From positions 45,694,001 through 45,758,000 of the forward strand of contig NC_058380.1 in assembly GCF_018350175.1 (NCBI RefSeq): 64,000 nt of DNA, read 5' to 3'. The position numbers and the translations under genes were made by a program. This document shows, piece by piece, positions 38,198-50,650 of the stretch (position 1 is its first letter; each line of letters begins with the position of its first letter). This DNA is from Felis catus (taxonomy: Eukaryota). Below the pieces are notes generated by a model. That model was given only the letters and a program-made list of their open reading frames with translations, had not been told where the DNA came from and made no database searches.

Positions 38198-38429
38198 GAC
38201 CTAAATTTAATTTGTGACTTATAACTTATTTACTTATATAAATTTTATATAAAGTACATAAGTAAATTAAAATTTCTATAAAGACATAACTATTTCAATG
38301 TACTTAAATATTTAAAATCATTCCAAATTGCTAAAAGCAACAAAAAATTTTAATTATTCACTTAAATTATTCCCTGATTTATTTTCAGTGTACTGAATTT
38401 TAATGTTGCCTCATGACAAAATAATTTTT

Positions 38430-38620
38430 TTCAGTTTATTTATTTATTTGGGAGAGCACAAGCAGAAGAGGGGCAGAGAGAAGGAGAGACAGAATCCAAA
38501 GCAGGCTCCACACCATCAGCACAGAGCCCGACACGGGACTCAAACTCATAAACCGTGAGATCATTACCTAAGCCGAGATGAAGAGTCAGACGCTTAACGG
38601 ACTGAGCCACCCAGGCGCCC
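38430..38620 (-). mobile_element. CAN-SINE
   Basis: TSD TGACAAAATAATTTTT. Confidence 0.88.
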
Positions 38621-39275
38621 TGACAAAATAATTTTTAACTTAACCTGCTGCTAGATACTCTTGAAGGTATTGTCACAATATTTTTTCTGTTTCTCACTAG
38701 ATAATTGCTGATGTGTTGAATGAGTTTTGTAGAATTAAATCATAAAATATAATATATTTGTATTTAATTCCCAAAGCCCACATCACATCGAGGCTCAGAC
38801 AAAAGCAACATGCACAAGACAGCCAATAGCAGCTCACAAGTGAGCAAAAGCCACCTCTCCCAGAATGTCTTAGATCCAAGAAACAATGGAGAGAAACTCT
38901 TCCAATCACAGAGACGGGTTAGCCCCAGGTTTGTCACACTGATCTTGCAGATGTTTTGTGTATATTCCACAAATTCAATGTCCGTGCTTCTCGTATGATA
39001 CCCAAGAAAATCCAATGAGAGAAAATAAATATTAAGGAAGAATGTTTTGTTAGACTGGCCCAATGTTGAGCTTTGGAGTGCCACAGACCACTGCAATATT
39101 TCAGGCTGGTTCACAACCCTAGGAACTTACTGTTATACCCTTGGAAGCAATTGTAACAACTATTCCACCTGGTGTGGCAATGCTGATAATGGGGGAGACT
39201 ATTCACATACAGAACCGGGGAGTATGTGAAGCCTCGATATCTTGCACTCAATTTTGCTGTGAAGCTAACGGCTCT

Positions 39276-39460
39276 TGGGGGCTCAGTTGGTTGATCAACC
39301 GACTTTAGCTCAGGTCATGATCTCACGATTCATGAGTTCAAGCCCCACATCAGACTCTCTGCTGTCAGCACAGAGACTGCTTCAGATCCTCTGTCCCCAG
39401 TCTCTCTGCCCCTCCCTTATGTGCTCACTCTCTCTCTCTCAAAAAAAAAAAAAAAAAAAA
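39276..39460 (+). mobile_element. CAN-SINE
   Basis: GGCTCAGTTGG...GGTCATGATCTCACG...CT tract, A tail. Confidence 0.85.
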
Positions 39461-41159
39461 GAGAACACTTGTGTTTTTTCAAAACTATATCCAAGGTAAG
39501 GAAATTGGCTTGTTATGTTATTGGAGTCAGTTCTTTCCAGGAAAGAGTCATTTTTCTCTCTGTAGAAAAGACTCCTGCCTGGGAACAGACTTCTGTAGAC
39601 CACAAGCCAGGTCTCCAGATCCGGTCATTGTCTTTGTCCATCTTGGCCAGTAGGTGGCAATCTTCCTTTGTAAATATTTTAACAGACCCCTGACTAAAAT
39701 GATCCTGCTTTCTCTTTCCTTTTTCCCTACAGCTAGTTGCATCATTGTAGGAGGAACATTCCCTCATGGCCAAAAAAGGTCACGAGAAGAAAAAGAAGAG
39801 AACAAGAACTCTCCTATGAGAGTTTCCAAAAACCTAGAACTTTCACACCACTCTTGATTTCAGTTAGTGACTTTTGTACTTGGCCGGAAACCACAGCAGA
39901 AAAGGAAGCAGCTGTGTGAATGGGCAGGGCAGGTTCAGGAGGAGAGACTGAGGAGAGCAGAGCTCGCTGGGGGTTTCTACACTGGGGCAGAAGGAAACAC
40001 TGTGAGATGCACGTGAAGAATGAGATCTGGGGAAGCGGGAGGAAAGGGGAACGTGCTAGAGTCAGAATACATAGTGCACGTGTATATACACAGTATCTAT
40101 GTGTACATGGTATATTAGTATGTATATAATTACATTGATGAGCCACTTGTTCCCAATTCTGTTTTTTCAGACTCTCAGCATTTTGCAGTCAGTTACAGAG
40201 AGAGGGCTAGGAGAAGTTAATTATGCTCTTATAGACCTCTATGAATAAATAAGAACATGATGGTAAGCCTTCATTCAGTGGAAAATACTCCCTAAGCACT
40301 TCTAGATGTTCTAACGTGACCACCCCGCTAAGGGACACAGGAAAGTTAGAGGGGCTTGCAGTTTTGTCCTTCCTGTCCCCCGAGTGGAAGAGGAGAGAGG
40401 GCTGGACTTCCCTTCCCCCGGTGGGGGCGGGGGGAGGCTCTAGGAAAATCATTTCCCTGGAGAGCAGGCCTTTGCTGAGGGGAACAGAAGACTGAGAGGA
40501 TTCCCAGCCAGTGATTTCTCTTTCCTTTCCTCTTCTGGAAGCACCAGGAGTTTGTTTTCTCATCTTCACAGTGAGAACCTGGTGAAGGTTTCTCCCGAAG
40601 GTAACACTCACAAAAGCGTGTGGCCCCCAAAGACAGGATATCTTGCAGTTTTTCGATCTCAAGCTCGTCCATATGGACCTGCCAGTAATTCTTCCATTTC
40701 AGCTTCAGTGTTTCTACCAATACGAGCTTCAGCTGTGCTTTAAACTCTTGCATTTCTGCTCCCAGTCATCCAGGGTCTCTGTCTGCATCCCCCTCTTTCT
40801 GCAGAGCTAAGGGCGGCAGCTGGCACCTCGACCCCCAATTCATGATGGATCTAAGAAGAGTTGTTGCTTTTCAGTTTGTTTGGCACTTGTGTTATAGTTG
40901 ATGGAAGGTCAAGGCTGACGACCAGCTCAGCTGATTACATGTTGGGTGGGTACCAGAACGTCTGCCAATACATGAATACGTATGTCACATCGTTGGAGGT
41001 AAGTTTCTCCCAAGGAAAGAGGCCCGAGAGATAATCACTGAAGAAGAACATTGGAGCACACTTTTGAACAATTTAACTCGATACATTCTAAGACGAAAGC
41101 AGAAATAAAGTCAGTGAAATGACTAAATACCTGGGAATGTGACTTCATGTATTAAAGAT

Positions 41160-41710
41160 AATCATTTTGGGGTCTCTTTCCTTCCTCCTTACTAATTGTT
41201 ACGAATTTGAATATGCAGACAACGATCACGTGATTTGCACTCAGGCATCTTTCTAGAGGCACAATCACTCCATTGCTTCTCTTTAGACTGAGATGAAGTC
41301 TCCGGATGGAACTTTTGTCCTCTAGTGAAAGGTTCTTGCTGGAGTGTCCAGGTGTGTGCGTTTAAGGCAGGTGTCCTGGGTTCCGGCTGTCCCTGGAGCC
41401 CCATGCAGTTTGTCCAGCAGGATCGGGTTCCAGGCAGCAGATGGCAATTTGTGAGGAACTTTGAAGGTCTGCCGGAGCAGCTCCTGGGGACAGAGGTGGC
41501 CTGGGCCTCCTGCAACTGGCAGCCACCCACCCTCTCCCCGGGGGAGATGCCCCTCAGTCAAGAGAACTGAGACGTCCTCCTGATCTGTGTCAGAAGCAGT
41601 AGGTCTTCCTGCGAAGCCGCCCTTGGCCGGGAGGCAGGTCAGAGCCCAGAAAGGAGATGCGGCCACAGGGATCCAGCAGGAGGCCCGCCGAGGGGGTGCG
41701 CGCTGGGCAC
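41160..41710 (-). pseudogene. IFN-omega-like pseudogene
   Basis: Stitched frames: GLLLDPCGRISFLGSDLPPGQGRLRRKT/LLLTQIRRTSQFS*L...GGCQLQEAQATSV/QELLRQTFK...SAAWNPILLDKLH...KEKQWSDCA; ATG changed to GTG at 41708-41710; upstream TTTCATTTTCTGAA matches the omega promoters. Confidence 0.8.
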
Positions 41711-41795
41711 CTGAGGGGTCTGGTGGCCTGGGTGACGAGCGAGGGGGGCGTCTTGGGCCCTAGTTCCTCTCAAGTTCTTTCTCCGCATGTCTTTT

Positions 41796-42021
41796 TTTTT
41801 TTTTTTAATTTTTTTTTTCTCAACGTTTTTATTTATTTTTGGGAGAGAGACAGAGCATGAACGGGGGAGGGGCAGAGAGAGAGGGAGACACAGAATCGGA
41901 AACAGGCTCCAGGCTCCGAGCCATCAGCCCAGAGCCTGACGCGGGGCTCGAACTCATGGACCGCGAGATCGTGACCTGAGCTGAAGTCGGACGCTTAACC
42001 GACTGTGCCACCCAGGCGCCC
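41796..42021 (-). mobile_element. CAN-SINE inserted at the TATA box of the omega pseudogene
   Basis: TSD CTCCGCATGTCTTTT at 41781-41795 and 42022-42036. Confidence 0.92.
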
Positions 42022-44471
42022 CTCCGCATGTCTTTTAATACAAAACCGTTTTCATTTTCTGAATGTTCCTGTACACGTTTTATTCTTCTTAAGTTTTGTT
42101 CCTTTCTTTATGTAAGCCTTAGATTAGAGTAGATTAGATCGGAAAACATTAACCCTATGAATTACTCATTTCACTATTTCAGTGAAGTTTAATTTGCCGC
42201 AGTACTTCAAATGTTCCAGCGTAAAGGGATCCAAAGCTTTCAAACGACGGAAATCTTTTGTGTTACGATCAAAAGTAGGTAGCTGTTGTTCTCCTTGCTC
42301 AGGACATACTTTTACCTCCGAGCCTGAGCTCTGTTGTTGTGATTTTTATTTTTTGCGCATCAGTCAAGACGCCTGGTCCCTTTGGGTCAGCGTGCCCATA
42401 GCCCTGTGTGTGACACCTGGCTCCCCTCGCTCACTCTCTCTTTCTCTGTAACTGGCCGCCAGGAGTCAGCTCATCAAACTTCCAGCTTTGAGCAAAATTT
42501 TATTGGAGGGTGGCTGCTTTGTCCCCCAAATAATCAACTGTCCGCGACCCAGGCTTGTTTCTGTGACCAATTCCTTCTCTTTCTGTCAGGTGCTCAAGAG
42601 TCAGATTTTTCCACAGCTTCCAGAAGACACAAACGTTCTGCACTTCATGTGTGTAGGGGGCACTGGTGTGGGTAAAGTATCCTTTTTTTTTTTTTTTGTA
42701 ACCTTAAGTAGCAACAGGAATTTTATTTTGCTAAATGTTGATTTCTATGTGGAGTTCAGTTTATTAACCTGTGGAGTCCTTCTCATGCTCTCAGTTTCTG
42801 AGGCCGCAAGGGACTCAGTGTTGATTTTCCTGTTGCTGGAGGCTTGCACTGAAGTAACTGATAAGGCTTCCTGGGTTAGTGAGTCAGTTCTTTTCTCCTG
42901 AGCTATTTGGTTCATCGTGATCCATCTCACAGCCAAGATGTGGGGCAGGGAGGCCACATACTAGAGAAAACTAACCCCTTTCTTTACTAGCTTGGAGTTT
43001 TTTTAATTGTATATGTTCTTTTTAATTTAGTAATTTTATAGGCACGGGTGGACTTCTCTTCTGAATTCCTTTCTACTTCATCTTGAGGTCAGTACCAAAA
43101 GAGGGAAGCAAGAATGAAAACGGGAAGGGCCCCTACCATTATTTCCCATCAGTTTTGATATAGCATCTTTTTCTTTCTCCACTCAGCTTTCCTAGAAAGC
43201 TGTCACGGCATTGGGATGCACCGAGGCACCAGGAAATCAAAGGCAAATCTGACCGTGAAGGCCATGGAAACACTAGGGTGGCTCCCAGGTGAGGGGAAGC
43301 CAGCGGGAGCCCTTGGCTTCTGCTACCACCTTCCACCTGCTCACTGTGGTGCCTGCTTGCGAATTCCACCCAGCCCTCGCTAAGGTCAGTTCCATCTGCT
43401 TCCCCACATACTGGATGGTTTCCGTCCACAGAACAGCTTCCTGACCTTCCGCATAGTACGCATCAAAATGATAATAGATTATCATGGTAAGGAATGAAAG
43501 GTGCCATGCTTTAAAATAAACACAACATTAAGCATATGAACAGGATTTGCCAATACATCCAATCCATGTATCTATCCAGAGACACACATAGCGCAAAACG
43601 GAGAACTCTGCAGGAGAAAAAAAAAAAACTTCACGTAATTCCCAATTCCCATTCTATTCTCCTGTTGCATTTCAGCAGGCACATCTCTCACAACTATTTG
43701 CTCCTTATACCTGAACTTCTCTTCTCTTATTCACTCATTGCCTCCCACCCTCCAATATGGTTTCTGTGAGTTCTTCCAAACCAGCTCTCACCAAAGCTTC
43801 AATGCCCCCTTCATCCCAGTGCGGCGGGCACTTTACATCCACATTTTACAATGATGCAATTCTTTGAAGCCATTTCAGTCCTTGAAATCGACATTTACCG
43901 ATATTCTCTCTTACCCTACTACCTCGTGGCCATTCTGTCTCTGTTTCTGTTGTGGCTCTTTTCTCCCTTTACCATCTGAAGTTTCGAGGAATCGATCTGA
44001 AGTTCTTTGCTCATGCTCTCCTCTTCCCGTGTGACCGCTTCTGTTTTAAGGCTTCCAGTTAATGGAGTTGCTTGTAAATTGCAGACTCAAATATCCATTT
44101 TCCAAAGAATATTCGCACTTGGAAGTCCACCAGTCAATTATAGGAGATATCTACAGCTTTTGTTTCTGTTTCCTGGCATGCTTTCCTGCAGATTCTGCTG
44201 AGAGAACTCCATTTTTCCCCTTCTCCTCATTATACCGTTTAATATAACTGATATAAATTCAGTGTGATTATTGTCTTTAGGTTGCTTTCTCCACAAAACT
44301 CACTGGTGCAAAAGCAGAACTGGATTTGTTATGTCCACCCCTATCCTGTCAGCCGCATACAGACTGGCTTAGAGAAAGTCTATTTTTAATGTATAACGTG
44401 AATAACTAATGAGTAAGTGAATTGCACAATCTATTCTTTCATCAGAGTTGTTTCTTTTTTAATAATAAACA

Positions 44472-44690
44472 GGGGCGCCTGGGTGTCTCAGTCGGTTGAG
44501 GGGCCGACTTCGGCTCAGGTCACGATCTCGCGGTCCGTGAGTTCGAGCCCCGCGTCGGGCTCTGTGCTGACAGCTCAGAGCCTGGAGCCTGTTTCGGATT
44601 CTGTGTCTCCCTCTCTCTGACCCTCCCCCATTTCATGCTCTGTCTCTCTCTGCCTCAAAAATAAATAAACGTTAAAAAAAATAATAAAGA
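44472..44690 (+). mobile_element. CAN-SINE
   Basis: Typical body in the 3' flank of the third IFNA. Confidence 0.9.
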
Positions 44691-45058
44691 AGACAAGAAT
44701 TTTTCTATAGAAAATATTTAATAAAGAAAAGAATAAATTGAATAAATATAAAGAATATATTTTTTCTCTTAACCACAAAGTGAAAGTACACTTAATATTA
44801 TTCAAATGTAATTTAAATCTTATAAATAGTTAAGTAAATAAATTGTTAAATAGATACATAAATAGATCAGCAAGGTCATCGGAAAGTGACTAGTGCTTGT
44901 AGAGTTGACATGATGTACTTAATACTCCTGAAAATATTGACAGATTGATGCCATTCATGTCACAGCAGAATGGAGAAATGAGAGTCTTTGACATGGCAGG
45001 ACACGTGGATAGTGTGATACGATTAGTCAGCGAGAATCATTTCCATGTTGAACAGGTC

Positions 45059-45640
45059 TCATTTCTCGCTCCTTAATCTTTTCTGCAAGGCTGTTGACGA
45101 ATACAAGGATCTCATGATTTCTGCTCTGACAATCTCCCAGGCACAAGGGCTGTATTTCTTCTCTTGCAGGTAGAGGGAGAGTCTTTGGAAGTAGTTCCTC
45201 AGGATGGAGTCCTCGGGATGAATGTCCTCGTTCGTAAGGGGAGCCTCTCCCTCCCCCACCTCCTGCAGGACACAGGCTTCCAGGCGGGTCAGCTGCCGAT
45301 CAAGTCCCGTGCAGAATTCCTCCAGGAGGGTGGTGTTCCAAGCAGCAGACGAGGACGCCTCTGTGCAGAAGAAGTGGAAGATCTTCTGGTTCGTCACGTG
45401 CACCACCGAGAGGGCTTGGGCCTTGTGGGACTGGTCTCCACCGAACACGTCCTGGGGGAAGGCGAAGTCATTCCTGTCCTTCTGACAGGAGCTGGCAGGG
45501 AGTCTCCTCATTTGTCCCAGGAGCGTCAAGGCCCTCCTGTTCAGCAGGCCGTGGGTCTGAGGCAGGTCACAGCCCAGAGAGCAGACGGAGTTGCAGCCCA
45601 GCGCCACCAGGGCCACCAAGAAGGAAGAGGGCAGCGCCAT
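45059..45640 (-). CDS. IFNA: Interferon alpha (felid), 193 aa, IHPED-insertion type
   Basis: ATG at 45640 (MALPSSF...) matches the paralogous starts; the ORF-track start at 45751 is upstream of the TATA position. Confidence 0.95.
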   Translation of the reverse strand: MALPSSFLVALVALGCNSVCSLGCDLPQTHGLLNRRALTLLGQMRRLPASSCQKDRNDFAFPQDVFGGDQSHKAQALSVVHVTNQKIFHFFCTEASSSAAWNTTLLEEFCTGLDRQLTRLEACVLQEVGEGEAPLTNEDIHPEDSILRNYFQRLSLYLQEKKYSPCAWEIVRAEIMRSLYSSTALQKRLRSEK

Positions 45641-45734
45641 TGGGGATCTTGCAGATGCTGTTGGCCTGGCTGGGGTGGGCGACTCTGTGACCCGTGGCTC
45701 CAGGTTCTCTGAACATCTTCCCTTGTGCGCACCT

Positions 45735-45825
45735 CCTAAATGGGAACACATTAGTTTCCATTTTCTGAATCTCCTCTTCTTCCTACTTTTGTTTTCTGGT
45801 TTTCATTTTGCATTCTCCAAATGGG
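45735..45825 (-). promoter_or_regulatory. IFNA promoter with degenerate TATA
   Basis: CATTTAG at the TATA position; GAAAATGGAAA at 45755-45765; AAAATGAAAACCAGAAAACAAAAGT upstream. Confidence 0.65.
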
Positions 45826-46870
45826 TTTAGAGCAGTGCTTCTCAACCGTTTTATTTAATTATTGCCCCCTTCCCCTGACCCCTGAGCCCTTTTAGATTGT
45901 TTTTGCTAATTGAACCCCTCATGAAATTTTAATGACACAGTTATACTCTATATCTATTTATGTACTCTCTCTCTATCTATCCTTTATACATAGAAAAAGA
46001 GAGTGCCAAACTTCTTTTTTTATCCAAGGCAGGATTAAAATTGATAAAAATTTTAAGCTAAAAGTAAATTTAAAGTTATTAACATTTTATTTATCTCTAT
46101 AGCTAAGTTTGCAGAGCAAATTTTAACATATTTACGTGTATAAATAGTAATGTATTAAGTTACATATTCAAATTAATAATTATACAAACAATAATAATAT
46201 ACATGTAATGATATACTTAAAACGATTTTAAGAACTTCTAAAAACAATTGAAAAATTACAGTATTGTCTTAACATGTATTTTTAGGTCTTAACTTTTAAT
46301 TTTGCTTCATATCAAAAAACAATTTTTAATTTCACTAGCAGCTAGATATTCATCAAGATATTCTCAACATCGATTTCTTTTCAGCAATTGATATAATTAT
46401 AAATGAGTTGAATAACTTTAGTAGAATTAAATGATCAAATAGAAACTACTCGCATTTAGTTTTAGAGCCCAGTTCACGCTAAGGCTCCAACGTAAGCACC
46501 GTGGCGTCTTCTAAGTAAGGGAAGCCCACCTCTCACAACACAGCTTTGAAATCTAGCAAATGATGGAGGGAGAGTCCTCTGGTGATCCATCTACTGGATG
46601 TAAGTTTTATTGCTCTTAACATGCATACATTTTGTATAACGTCCATGAACTCAACATCAATACTTCGCATAAGATACCCAAGAAACACCGAGAAGATACA
46701 AGGTGATGAGATCATAAATCCTAAGGAATAAGATTTGGTTGAATAGGGTTGATTTGAAGAGCAACGAACCATTGTAATACATAAGATTTGTTCACTCTCC
46801 AAGAGCTAATTTTTGCACCGTTGGTAATGATATGGCCTACGAAAATAGGCAAGTAAGAAAACGTATTCGC

Positions 46871-47075
46871 AGGCGCCTGGGTGGCTCAGTTGGTTAAGCG
46901 TCTGACTCTTGGTTTCAGCGCAGGTCATGATCTCACATTTTGTGAGTTTGAGCCCCTCATCGGGCTCTGCGCTGACAGTGCAGAGCCTGCTTGGGACTCT
47001 CTCTTTCTCCCTGTCTCTCTATTCCTCCCCGCTTGTGCTCCCTCTCTCTCTCAAAAGAGATAACCTTAAAAAACA
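46871..47075 (+). mobile_element. CAN-SINE
   Basis: GGCGCCTGGGTGGCTCAGTTGGTTAAGCG head. Confidence 0.85.
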
Positions 47076-47164
47076 TATATATTCAATTTGAATTTTCTTT
47101 TATATTTGCATTTAATTTCAAATTTCCCAGAGGACTTTCAGAAGTCCCAAACCAGATCTATTCA

Positions 47165-47200
<36 letters not shown>

Positions 47201-48199
47201 GTTGTTTGTCCTAAATTCAGAAGTGTGTAAATATTGATTATTACCATGTGAAGAACTTTCTCTGAGCTCCCATCCTTAACTCTTTGGATTCTGCATAGGA
47301 AGTTACCCGGCCTAAGCCCTCCATAGACCAACTCTTTAAATGGAAGCTGTGTACCCATCTTGGACACACCAGCTCTTAGTCACGGACTCTGTTACATTCA
47401 TTCTGTTGTTCTCAGCACCGGGCCCTGAATACTGGCTCAGTAAGTCACTTTTACTGCAGGCGTCTCACTGATTTTCTCCTCCTACCAGAAGGCATTCGTG
47501 AATGACCATGCTAGTTTGCTTCATCAGGGCCATAGGTGCTGAGCAAGACTGTAGAGACAATGGCTGAAATTTCTGCTCTAGTCTCCTGCTACCCACGTGG
47601 CCTACTGAGATTATTGCTGAAGCCACTGGGATTTTATTTGCTTTCCTGCACACAGGGCTCTGGGATTCAGGCTGCCAAAACAGCACTATTTTCAGCCTTT
47701 GCCCAGCACGAGGAAGAACCCCCAGGTGTGGCCTCATCTCAAATCGCCCTTCAACGTGGTCATCACAGAAAACTAACCAGCCTGGTGTCCCACACAGCAC
47801 AACACATCGAAACTCCAACTCTCCTGGATTCCCAGAGCTCAAAGCCACCAGACCGTTGATCCCCGGACTTGGTGGTGGGTCTTTACCGAAGCACCAACGA
47901 TCGAGCCTTCACCCTGAGCGTCTCTGGAGACAACTCAAAAAGAAAACATGAACCATTAGCTGCATGCTCCTATCTCCATCTATTTCTGTGGGAGAGTAGG
48001 CTCCGTTTCAGTTTGATATGTAGAATTCGGGATGGTGGGGGTGGTTAATAATCAGAGCTTCCCTTCCCGTCAGAAAACAAGGCTTTGGATTCCTAATTCT
48101 TGGCGCCCTGTCCTTGCCTGCCAACCTGCCTCCTCACTCTTGTCACTCGGCACGGCTGTGTTCTCTCTTCTAAATGGCGGGCATGGAGCCTTTAAGGAG

Positions 48200-48690
48200 C
48201 CGCTATGGTCAGACTGTTTGGATGTTATCTGTTGAAGTCCTAACTCCAAAGTGATGGTATTAGGTGGTGGGGCCTTTGGAAGGTAGTGCGAGAACAAGAG
48301 TATAGCCCTCATGATGGAATTGGGGCCTTTATAAGAGACCCTCTACTCTTGGATTTCCAGCCTGTAGAACTGTGACCAGTAAATTACTGCTTTTTAAAAA
48401 ATTTTTTTTAATATTTGTATTTTGAGAGAGAAAGAGACACAGACAGGGGTGAGTGGGAGAGAGACTGAGAGAGAGGGAGACACAGAATCTGAAGCAGGCT
48501 CCAGGCTCTGAGCTGTCAGCGCAGAGCCCGACGCGGGACTCGAACTCACAAACCACGAGATCATGACCTGAGCCAAAGTCGGACGCCCAACTGGCTCAGC
48601 CACCCAAGCGCCCCAATAAATTACTGCTTTTTACAAGCTACCCAGGGTATGCTCTTTTTTTAAGGCAGCCCAAACAGATTGAGCCCTGAC
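48200..48690 (+). mobile_element. MLT1-like LTR remnant interrupted by a SINE
   Basis: TGTTGAAGTCCTAACTCCAAAGTGATGGTATTAGGTGGTGGGGCCTTTGG...CTTGGATTTCCAGCCTGTAGAACTGTGA...AGCAGCCC-like end. Confidence 0.6.
48396..48615 (-). mobile_element. CAN-SINE
   Basis: TSD TAAATTACTGCTTTTT. Confidence 0.9.
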
Positions 48691-49569
48691 CTGCTCTGTT
48701 TTCTCCTTAGAATACCTCCCTCCAGGGGTCTGGAAAATACTTAAGGGGAGAGACATCATCTTAGCCGGCTGTTTTTCTAGGCACCCAGTCTGGCCCACAT
48801 CATTTCCAGAGCACAATCAATATTCATGAGGAAAACAAGCATGGTAATTAAAGGAGAAAGAATACTACCAACAGAGGCTACAGAGATATGAATCATGTGA
48901 TTTGCAAGGACAATAGATCTGAAGATCCTATATGAATTCCTCACGGTCCTACAGGGAACTTATAATGGAATAGCCTGTGAAGCATTTAANNNNNNNNNNN
49001 NNNNNNNNNNNNNNNNNNNNNNNNNNNNNNNNNNNNNNNNNNNNNNNNNNNNNNNNNNNNNNNNNNNNNNNNNNNNNNNNNNNNNNNNNNNNNNNNNNNN
49101 NNNNNNNNNNNNNNNNNNNNNNNNNNNNNNNNNNNNNNNNNNNGAAATTTCCTTCAAGTTTGTATTTTCAGTATTTAGAATATTAAGACGAGAATCATGG
49201 GCCTGGTCATCAATGGAAGACTCACTCTCCTCTTTTATTTCAGGGAGCCTCAAGTACCTGCAAGGAGCTACCTCATCATACCTTGCTCACCTCCCTCACA
49301 TAATGATAACTGAATGTTACAAAGTGTTCCAAGACCTCATCTCCACCCTTATGGCCACTTTCCAACATCGGCCTCTGGCAATCGATTGCAATGCTTCTTT
49401 CAGTGGATCAATGATGCTGTCAAGTCTAAAGAGTGACATCCATTGGACTGAATCTCCCCCCGCTTTAAACTGTGGAGTCAGACTTTGGGTCAGTCGTTTT
49501 GAGCTTTTCAAGAAAAGGTGTGCTGCCAACATATTGGCTATTGTTCCCCTTGAGAAAAGCATCAGTACA

Positions 49570-49778
49570 GGGGTGCCTTAGTGGCTCAGTCGGTTAAGCG
49601 GCTGACTTTGGCTCAGGGCATGATCTCGCAGTCCGTGAGTTCGAGCCCCGCATCAGGCTCTGTGCTGACAGCTCGGAGCCTGGAGCCTGTTTTAGATTCT
49701 GTGTCTCCTTGTCTCTGACCCTCCCCCATTCATGCTCTGTCTCTCTCTGTCTCAAAAATAAGTAAATGTAAAGAAAAA
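49570..49778 (+). mobile_element. CAN-SINE
   Basis: TSD AAAAGCATCAGTACA. Confidence 0.9.
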
Positions 49779-50422
49779 AAAAGCATCAGTACAAATAATG
49801 TAACAGTGAAAACTCACTTTCACTGAACTCCTCTCTTCCACAGTCACCAGAGTAGAGTCTGTTTCCCAGTGGACGCACTTGATATTGACACTTAGGCAGC
49901 CCGTGAGAATACATTCGGACCAGACAAATGGTGGTGTAAGTGATACTGTCCTGTGGGGTCTAGCCTTGACCCTTGAAAACCTCCCATGTGATCTTCCATA
50001 TTGTTTCCCTTTACAACTAACTGGAATAGACTCAAGCATCCCACACCCATTTGGAGTCCTGTGCTGAATATGGTCAAGTCACAGAATGGAAGGGCCTCGT
50101 GTCCTTGAGTCACTGTTTGAAGATGAGCCAACCAGAAGAGACATCTGAGCTGGAACTCCTGCACGGTTCTTTTCTAGTTTTCTATAGATCTGGTACAACA
50201 GCTGGCATTCACTTACTGACAAATGTCTTTCAGAAAATACTATCCCCAAACACCTCTCCACTTAAAATTTGGACTTTACATTTTGGAAATCACAAATACG
50301 CCCCAAACCTTGAACAGATTTTAAAATTACATCACAAGATCATTTACTTATGGAAATAGATCACGTTCTTCTCCTAAACATGTCTTCTATACTTTTTTTT
50401 TTTTTTTTAAGTTCATGATTTT

Positions 50423-50636
50423 GGAGACCCTAGGTGGCTCAGTGGATGAAGCCTCCCACTCTTGGTCTCAGCTCAGGTCATGGTATCAGACTTGACTTCC
50501 AGGTCCCCCTCTGGCTCCGTGTGGGCAGGGCAGAGCTTACCTGAGATTCTCTCTCTCTCCTATTCTCTATGCCCCTCCCCTGCTCCCGCTGTCTCTGTCT
50601 CTCTCAAAATAAATAAATAAACTTAATTTTTTTTTA
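50423..50636 (+). mobile_element. CAN-SINE (older), abutting the 3' end of the delta-like pseudogene
   Basis: Diverged head GGTGGCTCAGTGGATGAAGC; approximate TSD AAGTTCAyGrTTTTGG. Confidence 0.8.
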
Positions 50637-50650
50637 AGTTCACGGTTTTG

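Noticed and set aside
45641-45751. 37-aa N-terminal extension of the third IFNA (230-aa ORF)
   Set aside because: The ATG is upstream of the TATA position and not conserved in the other copies.
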